From the NCBI GenBank assembly GCA_965212015.1, contig OZ243037.1:352001-416000 (forward strand): 64,000 nucleotides of DNA, in the 5' to 3' direction. The notes beneath the pieces were generated by a model that made no database searches, was not told where the DNA came from, and saw only the letters and a program-made list of their open reading frames with translations. A program made the translations under genes and the position numbers. This DNA comes from Cenarchaeum sp. GTDB taxonomy: Archaea; Thermoproteota; Nitrososphaeria; Nitrososphaerales; Nitrosopumilaceae. Numbering within the stretch: position 1 is the stretch's first letter; each line of letters begins with the position of its first letter. Below, piece after piece: positions 19,425 through 30,900 of the stretch.

Positions 19425-19622
19425 ATGGAACAAGGTACCGTAAAATGGTTCAACCGCACCAAAGGCTTTGGTTTTATTGAAAGGGAATCCGGCGATGATT
19501 TGTTTGTACACAAAACAAACGTGGATGGCTTTTTGAGAGAAGGCGACAAAGTCGAGTTTGAAGTCGGTGAAGGCCCAAAAGGTCCCAACGCTGTCAATGT
19601 AAAAAAGACAGAACAGGAATAA
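19425..19622 (+). CDS. cspA: Cold-shock protein (CSD)
   Basis: GTVKWFN, KGFGFI (RNP1), LFVH (RNP2), [10 protein letters not shown]. Confidence 0.95.
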   Translation: MEQGTVKWFNRTKGFGFIERESGDDLFVHKTNVDGFLREGDKVEFEVGEGPKGPNAVNVKKTEQE

Positions 19623-19744
19623 TTAGTTTGGGATCACGCAAGTTTTCTTGAATTATAAAACCTCTTTTTTATCTATTTTTCTGGGATTACCCGTCTGGCG
19701 GCGCGCCTGTCACGCCAAGGGCCGCCGTGCGGACTATCCCGGCA

Positions 19745-19919
19745 AGCTTGTCTGAGAGCACCGCCGGCTCAAACTCTGTCCTGCGCGAGAATCCCTGCAA
19801 TTATGCCGTATGCGCCAAACGTGAGGTGCGCGTCTTGCCTGCGGGATGCGGCACATCTCCCCGAGGGCGTGTTCCTCGGCGCCAAGATCACAGTTAAGCA
19901 GGACATATCCGGCACGCAC
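19745..19919 (-). pseudogene. Lrp/AsnC ligand-binding-domain pseudogene
   Basis: GYVLLNCDLGAEEHALGEM in one frame, continuing as DAHLTFGAYGIIA in another, then a stop. Confidence 0.6.
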
Positions 19920-19966
19920 GCCTCCCGTCTGCAATTGTGTGCCTTTAGGGTTTTCAGCGCGCCGCG

Positions 19967-21271
19967 CTACCAGCGGCTTCGCAGGCCATAATAGTTCTGC
20001 GAGCCGGACCGCCTGTGGTCGCCCTTCTTTTTTCTGCCAAACCTGTCGTCCCTTGAATCCCTTCTCTGTCTGGTCTGCCTTCTCTGTCCCATCCTCGATG
20101 ACGCACCGTATCTTCTTGACGGAACCTGCCTCTTTAGGGGATCAGGAATGTGCACCTCTATTCCCATCTCCTTGTTCAGGTCCATCAGATCGGCCTTGAT
20201 CTGCTTTTTGATTATGTTAAAGTCCGGAACGGACGAATACGAGACAAGCGTGATTGCGCGGCCCTTTGCCCCCGCCCTTGCCGTCCTGCCTATCCTGTGA
20301 AAGTACACCATCTCTTGGTTTGGAACGTCATAGTTAATCACAAGCGCCACGCGCGGCACGTCTATTCCCCTGGCCGCAACGTCCGTGGCGACCAGGATTT
20401 CCGCCTTTCCGGTCCTAAAGCGCGACATTGACTGCTCCCTGCGGTGCTGCGACATGTCCCCCTCGATTGCCACCGTGTTGAACTTGCTTTTTTGCAGGAT
20501 TTTTGCCACGTCCCTGGTCCTGTGTTTTGTGGAGCAAAACACGATGGACTGGCCCTTTTTGTTCTGTTTTATAAAATCAATTACGTGGGGTATCTTTTCT
20601 CTGTCCTTGATGACCAGATACGCCTGATCGATTCCCTCTCCGCTTAGGTCGTCGGCATCAAGCAGGAACTGCTTTGGGTTTTTCAGGTACTCCTCGGACA
20701 GGCGCAGGATCTCAGTTGGCATTGTGGCAGAGAACAGCGACATTACCTTTTCGTCCGGCGTCAGGTTCAGGATGAACTCAATGTCGGATATGAATCCCAT
20801 GTCCAGCATCGTGTCGGCCTCGTCGAGCACCACGTGGGTGATGTCCTTTAGGTCTATCGAGCCGCGCTTTATGTGATCAATCAGCCTTCCAGGAGTCGCA
20901 ACCAGGATTTCGACGCCCCTTGCCAGGGCGGACAGCTGCACGCCCATTCCCTGGCCCCCGTAGATTGTGGCGCACTTTATGTCCGTATATTTTGCAAATT
21001 TCCTCACCTCATTGGTAATCTGCACTGCAAGCTCCCGCGTAGGCGCCAGGATCAGGCCCTGGATTCCATCCCCGGCACTAAGCGTCTGGAGCATCGAGAT
21101 CGAATACGCGGCAGTCTTTCCGGTTCCGGTGTGTGCCTGCCCTATGACGTCCCTGCCGGTAAGCAGTACCGGAATTGCAGCAGTCTGGATGGGAAACGGC
21201 GTGTCAAAACCCAGATGCCCTATCGCGTCTAGTAGCGACTGTTTTATTCCCAATTCTTTAAACGTTGTCAT
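19967..21271 (-). CDS. DEAD-box ATP-dependent RNA helicase
   Basis: AHTGTGKT, PTRELA, TPGRL, DEAD, SAT, HRIGRTAR; basic RG-rich tail. Confidence 0.95.
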   Translation of the reverse strand: MTTFKELGIKQSLLDAIGHLGFDTPFPIQTAAIPVLLTGRDVIGQAHTGTGKTAAYSISMLQTLSAGDGIQGLILAPTRELAVQITNEVRKFAKYTDIKCATIYGGQGMGVQLSALARGVEILVATPGRLIDHIKRGSIDLKDITHVVLDEADTMLDMGFISDIEFILNLTPDEKVMSLFSATMPTEILRLSEEYLKNPKQFLLDADDLSGEGIDQAYLVIKDREKIPHVIDFIKQNKKGQSIVFCSTKHRTRDVAKILQKSKFNTVAIEGDMSQHRREQSMSRFRTGKAEILVATDVAARGIDVPRVALVINYDVPNQEMVYFHRIGRTARAGAKGRAITLVSYSSVPDFNIIKKQIKADLMDLNKEMGIEVHIPDPLKRQVPSRRYGASSRMGQRRQTRQRRDSRDDRFGRKKKGDHRRSGSQNYYGLRSRW

Positions 21272-21448
21272 TTTTTTCTTCTCTAGCAATGACAGAAAAG
21301 CTCATTGCCAGTCCGTCATTATTATGTTCAAAATTGCCCTCGGGACACCTAATAAACGCTTGTAGATCGTCACGTGGCGGGCCGCATGCGGGGCAGGCGC
21401 CGGGATTTGCAGGCAATCTGCGCCGCCGGCAGCATGGCACGGATGGGA

Positions 21449-21523
21449 AGCCAATGGAGGGCTTTGAACCCTCGACCTTTCGCTTACAAGGCGAATGCTC
21501 TAGCCAGGCTGAGCTACATTGGC
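21449..21523 (-). tRNA. tRNA-Thr(TGT)
   Basis: Minus strand GCCAATG...TTCGC-CTTGTAA-GCGAA...GAGGG-TTCAAAG-CCCTC-CATTGGC. Confidence 0.92.
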
Positions 21524-21622
21524 ACAAAAAATGATGAAAGCATGGATTGTATAAAGCCTATCTCGGCGGCTTTTCCCAGTACGCCTCAATTTTTATAATG
21601 TTGGTGCGGCGAAAACCCGAGA

Positions 21623-21844
21623 ATGAAGTTCAAGTACATTCCGCCTACAAAACTCAAGGTTCTGACTGGCATGTTTTTTGGCGCCGGCCTGCTTGGAATC
21701 ATTGTGGGCCTCAGCAACGAGGCCTTTATGATGACTGCGTTTGGAAGCGGCCTGCTGTGTATAGGCGGCCTGACCGGATGGATGCTGTTGACGCAGGATC
21801 CAAAGCTGCGCGACAGGCGCAAGAAAAAGAGAGGCGACGACTAG
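21623..21844 (+). CDS. Small two-TM membrane protein
   Basis: Two hydrophobic helices and a basic C-terminal tail. Confidence 0.7.
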   Translation: MKFKYIPPTKLKVLTGMFFGAGLLGIIVGLSNEAFMMTAFGSGLLCIGGLTGWMLLTQDPKLRDRRKKKRGDD

Positions 21845-21983
21845 GTCTCTGTCGCAAAACGCATCGCATGGTTTGCCCTTTCTGTCACGGATGTACTTGG
21901 GGAATGCGCCAAACCGCAGATTACAGGACGCCCCGTAGGCCTGATTAAAACATAAATAATTAGGCATTTTAGGGACTAGCGAT

Positions 21984-22535
21984 TTGCTGGATCTTGTAGC
22001 CAAAAAGCTGTTTTTGACAAAGGGAAAGGGGGTGCACGAGGACAAGCTGACCAGCTTTGAATACGCCCTGCGTGACGCAGGAATAGCAGGAACAAACCTG
22101 GTTCTGATCTCCAGCATATTTCCGCCCCACGCCAAGCTGGTATCCAAAAAAGAGGGCATGCGGTTAATCCAGCCGGGACAGATCCTCTTTACCATATACT
22201 CCAAAAACCAGACCGACGAGCCGCACAGGCTGATCGCATCATCCGTCGGAATCGCCAGGCCAAAGGATCCCGACCGCTACGGATACCTCTCAGAATACGA
22301 CTCGTTTGGCCAGGCAGAAAAGCAGGCCGGCGACTATGCCGAGGACATTGCAGCGCAGATGCTCGCCTCGTCGCTGGGAATTCCCTTCGACATTGACAAG
22401 AGCTGGGACGAAAAAAGGCAACAGTGGAACATCTCTGGGCAGATCTACAAGACCTCAAACATTACACAGACTGCGATAGGAAACAAGAACGGCGAGTGGA
22501 CCACGGTCTTTGCTGCCGCATGCCTGCTAATCTGA
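21984..22535 (+). CDS. pdaD: Pyruvoyl-dependent arginine decarboxylase
   Basis: LTSFEYALRDAGIAGTNLVLISSIFPP (Ser-Ser cleavage site); YGYLSE. Confidence 0.9.
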   Translation: MLDLVAKKLFLTKGKGVHEDKLTSFEYALRDAGIAGTNLVLISSIFPPHAKLVSKKEGMRLIQPGQILFTIYSKNQTDEPHRLIASSVGIARPKDPDRYGYLSEYDSFGQAEKQAGDYAEDIAAQMLASSLGIPFDIDKSWDEKRQQWNISGQIYKTSNITQTAIGNKNGEWTTVFAAACLLI

Positions 22536-23672
22536 GCCCTTTTTGTATCCCCGCAGGAAAAACACGGCGGCAGCTGCGGCGGCGGCGACTATTGCCGCGA
22601 TTACCACGTATGATTCGCCAGGCAGGGGCTCGCCAGGCGGAGTGTCGGGGTACGGCAAAAGCACAAGATCACCGCTCACAACTGACGTATCTTGGCCAAA
22701 CAGAAATATCAGCTCGCCCTGTCTCTTGTCCTGGTTGTCGACCCATCCGGACTGTGTCAAGTCGGCAGGAATGTTATCGCCGTCTATCTGCGTGGTATCC
22801 ACAAACGGCGGCTGTGCGCCCTGCACCCACTTGTCGCCTAGTACCAGCACCTGAATCAGGGAGTTTAGCGGGTAAAACCCTTGTGAGAAATACTCTGAAC
22901 GATCAAGCCTGTCTGTCCGCAGTAATTCCAGCGGCATTATGGACAGGCCAGAACCCTCCGATTCCGTGTGATAGACGGACGTTTTTAGCTGGTACAACAA
23001 TCCCGATCCGTGCGCAATTATCGAAAAGGTCATTTTTGCGTCATTACCGGCGGAGAGTTTTTTTGCGGCATCATGGTATCCGCCTGATTCCGCAATTACG
23101 TCGGCAAGCAGCAGCGCGGAGAGTTTCTCGTACATAGAGTCAGTCGACTCCATCGGCATCGTATACACAGCCGATACTGTGTTTCTGCCAGAGACTAGCC
23201 CCGACGTGCCAAAGGCCACGTTTGCCTCGTCCCTGTGGTGCAAAAACACCGAATGGTACTGCGCATCAGTGTCCAGCATGCCGTTGATCTCTTTTATGAA
23301 CATGTCCCCTATCCCCCTGACTGCCTCCTGCGTCTCGATTATCCCCTCCCAGTCATCGCTTCTGTTGACGTTTATCATTATACACGACTCGCCAGTCACG
23401 CCCAGTACGCAGCTGTCCTCGTTGGTGACCAGTATCGAGACTATCCTGCCGTTTTGGAGGATTCTGTCCTCGAGCTGCGAGGGGATTTTTATCTCCTGGT
23501 TGCTGGTGCTTTGCAGCGTGATCGACGCACTAGAGTTTGACTGCTGATCCGGGTTTACGATGACCTGCGCTATCTCTTGGAACGTGGCAAGCTGCACCTG
23601 CTGCGCATCTGCGTCCTGCATGCCCATCGCAAACACCACGCATGCGGCCGCCAGGAGTGTTTTTCCTGCCAT
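22527..23672 (-). CDS. Exported protein with a C-terminal membrane anchor
   Basis: Signal peptide ADA|Q; C-terminal TM helix followed by RGYKK. Confidence 0.8.
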   Translation of the reverse strand: MAGKTLLAAACVVFAMGMQDADAQQVQLATFQEIAQVIVNPDQQSNSSASITLQSTSNQEIKIPSQLEDRILQNGRIVSILVTNEDSCVLGVTGESCIMINVNRSDDWEGIIETQEAVRGIGDMFIKEINGMLDTDAQYHSVFLHHRDEANVAFGTSGLVSGRNTVSAVYTMPMESTDSMYEKLSALLLADVIAESGGYHDAAKKLSAGNDAKMTFSIIAHGSGLLYQLKTSVYHTESEGSGLSIMPLELLRTDRLDRSEYFSQGFYPLNSLIQVLVLGDKWVQGAQPPFVDTTQIDGDNIPADLTQSGWVDNQDKRQGELIFLFGQDTSVVSGDLVLLPYPDTPPGEPLPGESYVVIAAIVAAAAAAAVFFLRGYKKGSD

Positions 23673-23835
23673 GATTGGGCGTCTTTTGCGTCAAAGTATT
23701 AAGGTTACCGACGAGCGCGGCCGGGCGGGTTTTAAGGTTTAAATCATGTCTGTTCTGCCATGAATTGACATCGATTCAAACCGATCGGGGAACAAGCTGG
23801 CGGTCCGTGCGTTGGACTGCCAGCCCCATTATTGT

Positions 23836-25602
23836 CTAGCACATCTTTGAGAGGTTTTTGATCTGCCCCAGTATGTGGTCAAATCCGTCCTGCCAGAACC
23901 CCTCGGATGTAATGTCCATTCCGTGCTCTGCGAGCAGGACCTCTGGTTTTTTGGAGCCTCCCGCAGACAGTATGTCCATGTATGCCGGGACAAAACCATC
24001 CCCCTCCTTTTTGTACCTCTGAAACAGCGAAAGCGCAAGAAGGTTTCCAAACGAGTACGCATAGCAGTAAAACGGCGTATGGTAGAAATGCGGGATGCAC
24101 AGCCATTCTGAGCCAAAATCCTCGGTGACCTTGACTGACCCGCCAAACTGCTCCCGGAGGCTCCCAAGATACGTTCCGGATATCTCGTCGACTGTGGCAG
24201 TGTCCGCTATTTGATCGTGTGCGGCCGCCTCAAAGACTGTAAAATACGACTGTCTCATTATGGTGGCGTAAAAATCGTCGATTTTTTCAGAAAGCATTGC
24301 GCGCCTTTGTCCCTGCGTGGCCCCCTCAGAAATGCTGTCATATAGTAGCAGCTCCGAAAAAGTCGACGCAGTCTCTGCAAGCGGCAGCGGCGCGTCTTGT
24401 ACGAGTATTGACTTTTTGGAGGCGGCAATGCTGTGAACTGCGTGGCCCAGCTCGTGGGCCAGCGTGAATACGTCCCGGGACTTGCCGGTGAAATTTACCA
24501 GGACGTACGGCGTAATGTCCGGCGCCAGCGTGCTGCAAAACGCGCCGTCCCTTTTTCCGGCCCGCGGGGCAGAATCGACGTGGTTCTGCTCAAAGACGGT
24601 CTTTGCATACCCGGAGAGCAGCGGGCTGAACCCGCGTAACGCGTCGAGCACCATGCGCACAGACTGGTCGTACCGGTAGTCTTTTTTCCCGGCCCCTGCA
24701 GCCGGCGCATACAGGTCGTATCTTTGCAGTTTTTTGAGCCCCAGGTTCTTTGCCTTTAGCCTGAAAAACCTCTGAAACATGCCGGCGTTTTTCCTGCAGA
24801 CGCCTAGCAGCGAGCGCACGGTCTTGTCATCTATGTCGTTTCCGATGTTTCGTATGGATATCGGCGACTCGTACCGGCGGATATCCACGCCCTCGTCCCT
24901 CCAGTTGATGACCAGATTCTGGTAGATCTCGCCTAGCACGCCCTTGTTTGAGTGGAACTTGCCCAAAAGCGACCTGTACGCGTCCCTCCTGGTCCTGGCG
25001 CTGCCGCTGCGGACATGCGACGCAATCTCTTCTCTTGACATCCTTTTTTTTGCGCCGGGTTTCATCACGTACTCAAAAGAGTTGGTAATCTTGTCGTACA
25101 GCTTTACCAGTGCAGAGGCCCCCGTGACCTCAAGCGTGTTGATTATCCTCTCCTCGGACTCGGCAAGCGAGTATTTGGCGACGAGCCGCTTGTGCAAAAG
25201 ATAGTTCTTCAGGTCTCCGGATTCCCCCATCAGCCTCCGGGCGTTTGCCCCGTCTATCCCCGTCTTCCACCACAGCTCAAAAAACAGCATCTCGTTTGAG
25301 GCACGCGCGCCAAGCTTGCTCATGCGGGTCACCAGCGACGTGGCCGCATCGGACTGGGTGTCTGCCGCATATCCCAGCGCTGCAAAGCCGCCTATTGCGC
25401 TGATCCTCCTGTAGACGTCCTCCAGCTCCGAGAGCATCCCCCGGAACCGCCTCGGGCTCATTTTTGGATCAAGTGCCGCCTTGATTCTCTGGAATTTTTT
25501 TACACGCCCCTGCACGTCTTTTACCTGCTCTTCGAATTCCGGGCCCCCGGGTTCGCATGCCAGCTCTGTCAAATCCCACCCGCCCAGACGGTATTGCCGC
25601 AT
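23836..25602 (-). CDS. pepF: M3-family oligoendopeptidase F
   Basis: TLAHELGHAVH (HExxH), AETASTFSE, GKRDGAFC, PHFYHTPFYCYAY. Confidence 0.92.
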   Translation of the reverse strand: MRQYRLGGWDLTELACEPGGPEFEEQVKDVQGRVKKFQRIKAALDPKMSPRRFRGMLSELEDVYRRISAIGGFAALGYAADTQSDAATSLVTRMSKLGARASNEMLFFELWWKTGIDGANARRLMGESGDLKNYLLHKRLVAKYSLAESEERIINTLEVTGASALVKLYDKITNSFEYVMKPGAKKRMSREEIASHVRSGSARTRRDAYRSLLGKFHSNKGVLGEIYQNLVINWRDEGVDIRRYESPISIRNIGNDIDDKTVRSLLGVCRKNAGMFQRFFRLKAKNLGLKKLQRYDLYAPAAGAGKKDYRYDQSVRMVLDALRGFSPLLSGYAKTVFEQNHVDSAPRAGKRDGAFCSTLAPDITPYVLVNFTGKSRDVFTLAHELGHAVHSIAASKKSILVQDAPLPLAETASTFSELLLYDSISEGATQGQRRAMLSEKIDDFYATIMRQSYFTVFEAAAHDQIADTATVDEISGTYLGSLREQFGGSVKVTEDFGSEWLCIPHFYHTPFYCYAYSFGNLLALSLFQRYKKEGDGFVPAYMDILSAGGSKKPEVLLAEHGMDITSEGFWQDGFDHILGQIKNLSKMC

Positions 25603-25822
25603 CCACCTGTCTGTCAGCACACTATTAAAATATCCATGGTATTTGCCGCATGCGGCGCCATTTCATGTGGCAGCGTCGCGGCGTCTCACGCCGCATTGGA
25701 TGCGCGCCGGCATCCGGCCGGAGCCTGCCAGGTCCCGCCTTGTGCCTGCACCGAAGGCACGGTTTTTGTTAGTTTAGTCTAATTTTCACATTGTTTAATT
25801 GGGACAATGCCTGAAACAGCAC

Positions 25823-26110
25823 ATGGGACTGTGGGGCAGGTTTTGGAAATGGTACGAAAACAAGATACTTGGAAGCATTGTAATTATCGCCGTCATACAG
25901 TTCATACAGATACCGCACATGGTGTGGAATGCTGACTTGTACCTGGAGACTGGCGTGATCAGCAGGCTGCATCCGGCACTCGACTGGTTGCTCTACGGGG
26001 TGGACCTTATCGAGACGGTCTCCATAATCAACGTGGGAATGATCATGTTCAGCCTGATTAAAAAAAAGAGGGCCGACGGCCGCAATAAAGTCGCCAAAAA
26101 CCAGGCGTGA
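25823..26110 (+). CDS. Hypothetical membrane protein
   Basis: Two TM segments; QIPHMVWNAD...LYGVDLIE. Confidence 0.65.
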   Translation: MGLWGRFWKWYENKILGSIVIIAVIQFIQIPHMVWNADLYLETGVISRLHPALDWLLYGVDLIETVSIINVGMIMFSLIKKKRADGRNKVAKNQA

Positions 26111-26144
26111 CTCGACTCTGCATTCGCGCCCGCGGCGGACAGAG

Positions 26145-26561
26145 TCAGTCGGCCTCTATCCGGAGTATTCCCTTTTGCAGCGGGTTTTGCAGCAGTCTTA
26201 CCATGCTGCGCGGCATGGCATCAGAGCCCGCATCACACCTTACGGCAAGCGTCCTGGGGCACACAAAGCCGCTTTTGCGCATGACAATGTCGTCGGGATG
26301 GGAGATCTCGAGATCACCGTGTCCCGAGCCGCGGATCACAAATACGTGCCTGCCCACCGTTATCGAAAGCCTTACGTTGGAGCGCGGATCCCTCATCCTG
26401 GCCCTGAGTTCTTTGGGAATGCCGCCACACCCGCAGCTCGCCCTCACGCCTACTATGCAGTCCCCGCCTGGCGTGAGGCGGCTCTCCCTTGTGATCTCCA
26501 CGGTTCTTTGATGGGTGGCCCTTATGTTTTCGTGACCAAAAAACCCTACTTCGAATTTCAC
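26145..26561 (-). CDS. DUF371-family protein
   Basis: GHENIRATHQRTVEIT...LTPGGDCIVGV...DIVMRKS. Confidence 0.88.
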   Translation of the reverse strand: MKFEVGFFGHENIRATHQRTVEITRESRLTPGGDCIVGVRASCGCGGIPKELRARMRDPRSNVRLSITVGRHVFVIRGSGHGDLEISHPDDIVMRKSGFVCPRTLAVRCDAGSDAMPRSMVRLLQNPLQKGILRIEAD

Positions 26562-26615
26562 GTCGCAGCGTTTGGAGCTAGGCTTAAATTATACGTTTCA
26601 AGAATCTTGGATCAC

Positions 26616-27356
26616 ATGCTTCCTGCACAACAAGGTTATGACAGAGCAATCACGGTGTTTTCCCCCGACGGCAGGCTGTACCAGGTCGAATACGCAATAG
26701 AGACAGTCAGGCGCGGGACGATCGCAGTCGGGATAAAGTCCAAAGAAGGCATCGTCATTGCAGTCGAGGAAAAACTTCGCAAGCTGCAAATCTCCGAATC
26801 GGCGCAAAAGATCTTCCAGATAGACGATCACATAGGCGTGGCAGCAGCGGGCTATATCCCCGATGCAAGAAGCCAGGTGGACAATGCCAGGTTCTTTTCA
26901 CAGAGCAACAAGATGATCTACGACGAGCCAGTCGAGATAGAGACAGTCGCAAAGCACCTTGCCGACCAGTGCCAGCAGTTCACCCAGTATGCCGGAGTCA
27001 GGCCGTTTGGCGTGGCGCTTATCCTGGCAGGCGTGGATAACGACAATCAAGGCCAGATATACCTCACAGACCCCAGCGGAACCTACATTTCGTATGACGC
27101 AATCGCCATAGGCTCGGGCTCGGATCAGGTCACCGAGTTCCTAGAAAAGGCGTACAAGCAAGACATGCCGCTAGACGACGCAGCAGTCCTGGCCGCCGCC
27201 GGAATCTACCTGTCAAGCGAGGACAAGGACGGAACCTCGCACATAAAGATGGCGCAGATAAAGACGCAGGCAAGACAGTTTGAGATATTACCAGATGACG
27301 TGGTGGCCGGATTTGCCAGCACTGCAAAACAAAAGTACCCCCCAAGCCACGACTGA
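26616..27356 (+). CDS. psmA: Proteasome subunit alpha
   Basis: YDRAITVFSPDGRLYQVEYA signature, RPFGV; start at the ATG at 26616. Confidence 0.96.
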   Translation: MLPAQQGYDRAITVFSPDGRLYQVEYAIETVRRGTIAVGIKSKEGIVIAVEEKLRKLQISESAQKIFQIDDHIGVAAAGYIPDARSQVDNARFFSQSNKMIYDEPVEIETVAKHLADQCQQFTQYAGVRPFGVALILAGVDNDNQGQIYLTDPSGTYISYDAIAIGSGSDQVTEFLEKAYKQDMPLDDAAVLAAAGIYLSSEDKDGTSHIKMAQIKTQARQFEILPDDVVAGFASTAKQKYPPSHD

Positions 27357-27914
27357 TCCCAAGCCGCAGTGCCATACGGCACTCGTTTTTGCCGCCCCGT
27401 CACAAGCTGCCTGGTTTTTCCGGTTCAAGGTAATCCATACGGTTTGTAGTCCCAAAAAGATCCAAATCACGGCCGCGCCGCCGGCCAGACTGCCGGAATG
27501 GCGACAAACGGCGGGACAGGGGGATTAAACTGGAAGCTCTAGTCGAAAAAAATTCCAGATCCGGCATGCCGTCGCATCCACGTCGTATGACAGTCCGGAT
27601 TCAGAAACGTGCGTGTTCGGAAATGGAGATCCCGGGGATATTGAAAAAGGCGGCTTGTCGAATCGCCGTTCTCTGCGATAGAGAAGCATCCGGCCGGCCA
27701 TGGCGCACAAAAATAACATACTGCACGGGATGGCGCCAAGGATGGCAATATGCAACAGGACGGTGCCGGTCGCATGACGCCATACCTGCATGGGCAGGAT
27801 TGCCCCGACACTGGTAAGAGAAATGGCATGGGCGGGGAATTTGCAAGACAGAGCAGCTTGCCGTCATCATACGAGTCAGGAACATGTCTGCAAAAACCTT
27901 TGTGTTCGTGCCAG

Positions 27915-30900
27915 TCACTGCCGTCCGTCATGTGAAGTGACGTACGCCCCGCCATACACGGAATCACGCAGCTCCTCCATCTGAATAATGTGTGCGTCGC
28001 GCTTTTGGGCAAAGGCGTCGCACGCACGATTGTCCTCGTCGGTACACGCACTCGACATGTCGACTGGCGGCGCATCCACGTACGACCACGTGCCAAACGC
28101 GTTCTTTGTCCACTGGTGTCCCAGCTGGTCGGTCCACACGTCTGCAAGCTTGTCGGTCCGAGTCAGGTGCAGCTTTACTGCGTCGCCCTGGTTTGAGTGC
28201 CTCTCGCTGAGCTCGTGCGTGGGGGGCACGTTTAGCGAGTCGCCAAACACCAGCAGTCCCTCGTTCATATAGTGGGTGGTGCCGCGCCTCTTTGAGTCCA
28301 GCGCGTTTATTGCAAACGGCTCGTCGTACAGCGTCTCGCGGAACAGTACGCCATCTATGTTCAGCCGCACGCACAGGTTGTTTTCGTCTGTAGGCAGGCA
28401 TTTTACGCGCGATATCTCAAATGTGGCGTCCTCGCCTATCACGCGATTCTCGTTTGAATATTCCACAGAGTCTATCATGTACGTGGAGTTTATGGAATAA
28501 TCGCGTATCAGGTTTACGTTAATCTGCGCCTCTGCAGCATTCAGGGGCGAGCCTATTCCGGGCATGCCAAAGCCGATGTTAAACGAGCGCAGGCCGTTTT
28601 GTGCGTACGCCGTTAGCGCAAAGTCGTGAAGCGAGTCAGTCTCTATGGTATTGCGTTTGTAATCGACGTGATAGTCAGTTACGTCGCGGCAGACATTGTC
28701 CATGGAATAGCCGCAGTCCACTATTTTTTGGCCAGTCGTGTACGACTTGCCAAACGTCGGCTTTGTCCTCCACTGCGTGTCGTCATCGCCGCCTGACGAC
28801 GGGCACTCGCCAAAGACGATGGTGTTTGTCATGACTGCCGTGTTGCCGTCAGCATCGGTGCCGGTGGTAGTCATTGTAACCGTATTTCCCGCCAGATCTG
28901 CACAGGTGTGCTCCTCGTTGACCATGACAAAGCTCAGCATCTCATTGACGCCCTCTCCGTCATCGGATACGATGGTGATTAGATCACCACCCGTGTCAAT
29001 TACCGTCATATAGGACACTGCCGTAAAGGTGGCATTGTTTGGAGGGCCCAGCATGGAATGCGCAATCTCGTATCCCCCATCCAGTACATCTGTGGGCCCT
29101 ATCATGATCGTATCGGCGATTCGGATGTAGAGGTTGTTTTCAAATTCCAAAAGGGTTTCGCTGTCTTCTATGCGTACCTCGTATGGAATGACAAAGTCCC
29201 TAGTCGCATTGCCGGAGGAGACAATATCATCCGGAATGGTTCCCGACAGGGCCAGGTTGCCTGGATTCTGATTCGTGATATCCCCCGTACGCAGTCCAAG
29301 GACATTCAGCATGTCACGGGCGTCCTGGTCCAATACGACCGTATAGTCTGCATCTGTCGGCGTTATCGGGAACGGTATTCTTACTGTTTGGCCGGGGGCA
29401 AACGTTTCAGAATGGTTGCCGATTACCGGGGCACTGGTCACAAGGGTAAAGGTGTTTGAGGCCCTTTCAACTACATCGCCTACCACTGCGTCACCGGTCT
29501 CCACGCCGTTGTTATCTATTGCCTGTTCGCCCGGATTCATCGCTATGGATGTTGCCGTGGCGCGCAGCTCTGCTATAAAGGTGGCCGTTTGGGTGCCGAT
29601 AAAGTTCTGGACTGTTTGACCCGCCGTGCCTGTTATAAAAATATCAAGCTCGGGAATGCGGTCAGCATCAGCTACAAGACGGCCGGTATTATGATGCTCG
29701 AATGAATTTCCGGGAATATCATCTGGTTGATCCGCTGGGAAATGGAACGCTTCTTCGTTTGGAGCATCAAATGTGATAAGGTCGCGAATTTCCTGGGCCG
29801 TGACAGTTAAACTAGTACCTACGAGTATATTCCTCGTAATGTCGTCAAACGATATGGAGGGCTGGGTGGCCGATGCAGTCGTCACTTGCAAACTCGAGAG
29901 GTGCGAGCCGTCACACACCAGATAATCGATGGTGGCCGTACCGGTGTTGCCAGTCGTCGTAAAGGTCGCAAGGCCCGTATCGGAATCAATCTCAAGGGTG
30001 TTCGGAGTGATGGCGTTGCCTGCCAGGCCCGCAAAGGAGTACGTCAGGGTGTCCTCGGCATCGGTATCGCTGGTATACAGGGAGAGATCCAGCTGTGTGG
30101 CAGTTCTGGCAAGCTCAATGTTCAGGTTGTTCACGTTTGAGGGAAGGTCGTTGGGCGATCTTGCATTGTTGAATACACTAACGGTATAGTCGCGCGAGAC
30201 ATCATCGGTATTATCGCTATCAAAGCCGTCATCAGATACCGTCACGGTAAACTCTACGCTGCCCTGCGAGAAGCACCTTGCGGGGGTATCCATGCTATCA
30301 AAGAGGGGCGAGTTGTCCTGCGGGACAATACCGGAGAGCTGTCCCGTGGTGGAATCTATGCTCAGCCAGCCCGGATGGTTCGAGAGGCTGTATTCCAGTA
30401 CTGCGCCCGGGTCGTCATCGGATCCCGGAATAGGGGCCAATTCAGAGACGTCGCCATCCTCCGTAAAGCCAAAGTTCAGGTCCCCAAGCTCGGGAAGCGC
30501 CGTGTTTACCGCAAACGCCAGGATGCCATTGCCTGTGCGTTCTGTAACGTATAGGATCCTAGAGTCCGAACCGAACTCCATCTCTGTTAACTGTACGCCG
30601 GCTAGCGGCCGCGTCTCTAAAAGGGTCAGATCACTCACGTCATGGGCGGTGCCAAGCGAATATACAAAGAGATTGCGAAAGCCGTTGACTGCCTGCTCGT
30701 CCAAAACGTACAGTATGGAGCCGTCATCGGTGATTTCAGATCCGGTCGGGCGGCCAACGGTCAGGTCAGAGAATACCGGGGGTTTCGTGATGCTTCCCAG
30801 GAGAAACGGACTGCCTAGCTCGTACCCGAATATGCGGTCGTTTTGGGCGCCTGTCATGTACATGTACCGGCCGTCACTTGAAAAGTCCAGTCCCTCCGGG

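Noticed and set aside
26175-26615. N-terminal extension of proteasome alpha
   Set aside because: It is antisense to the DUF371 gene. The PsmA signature starts right after the ATG at 26616.
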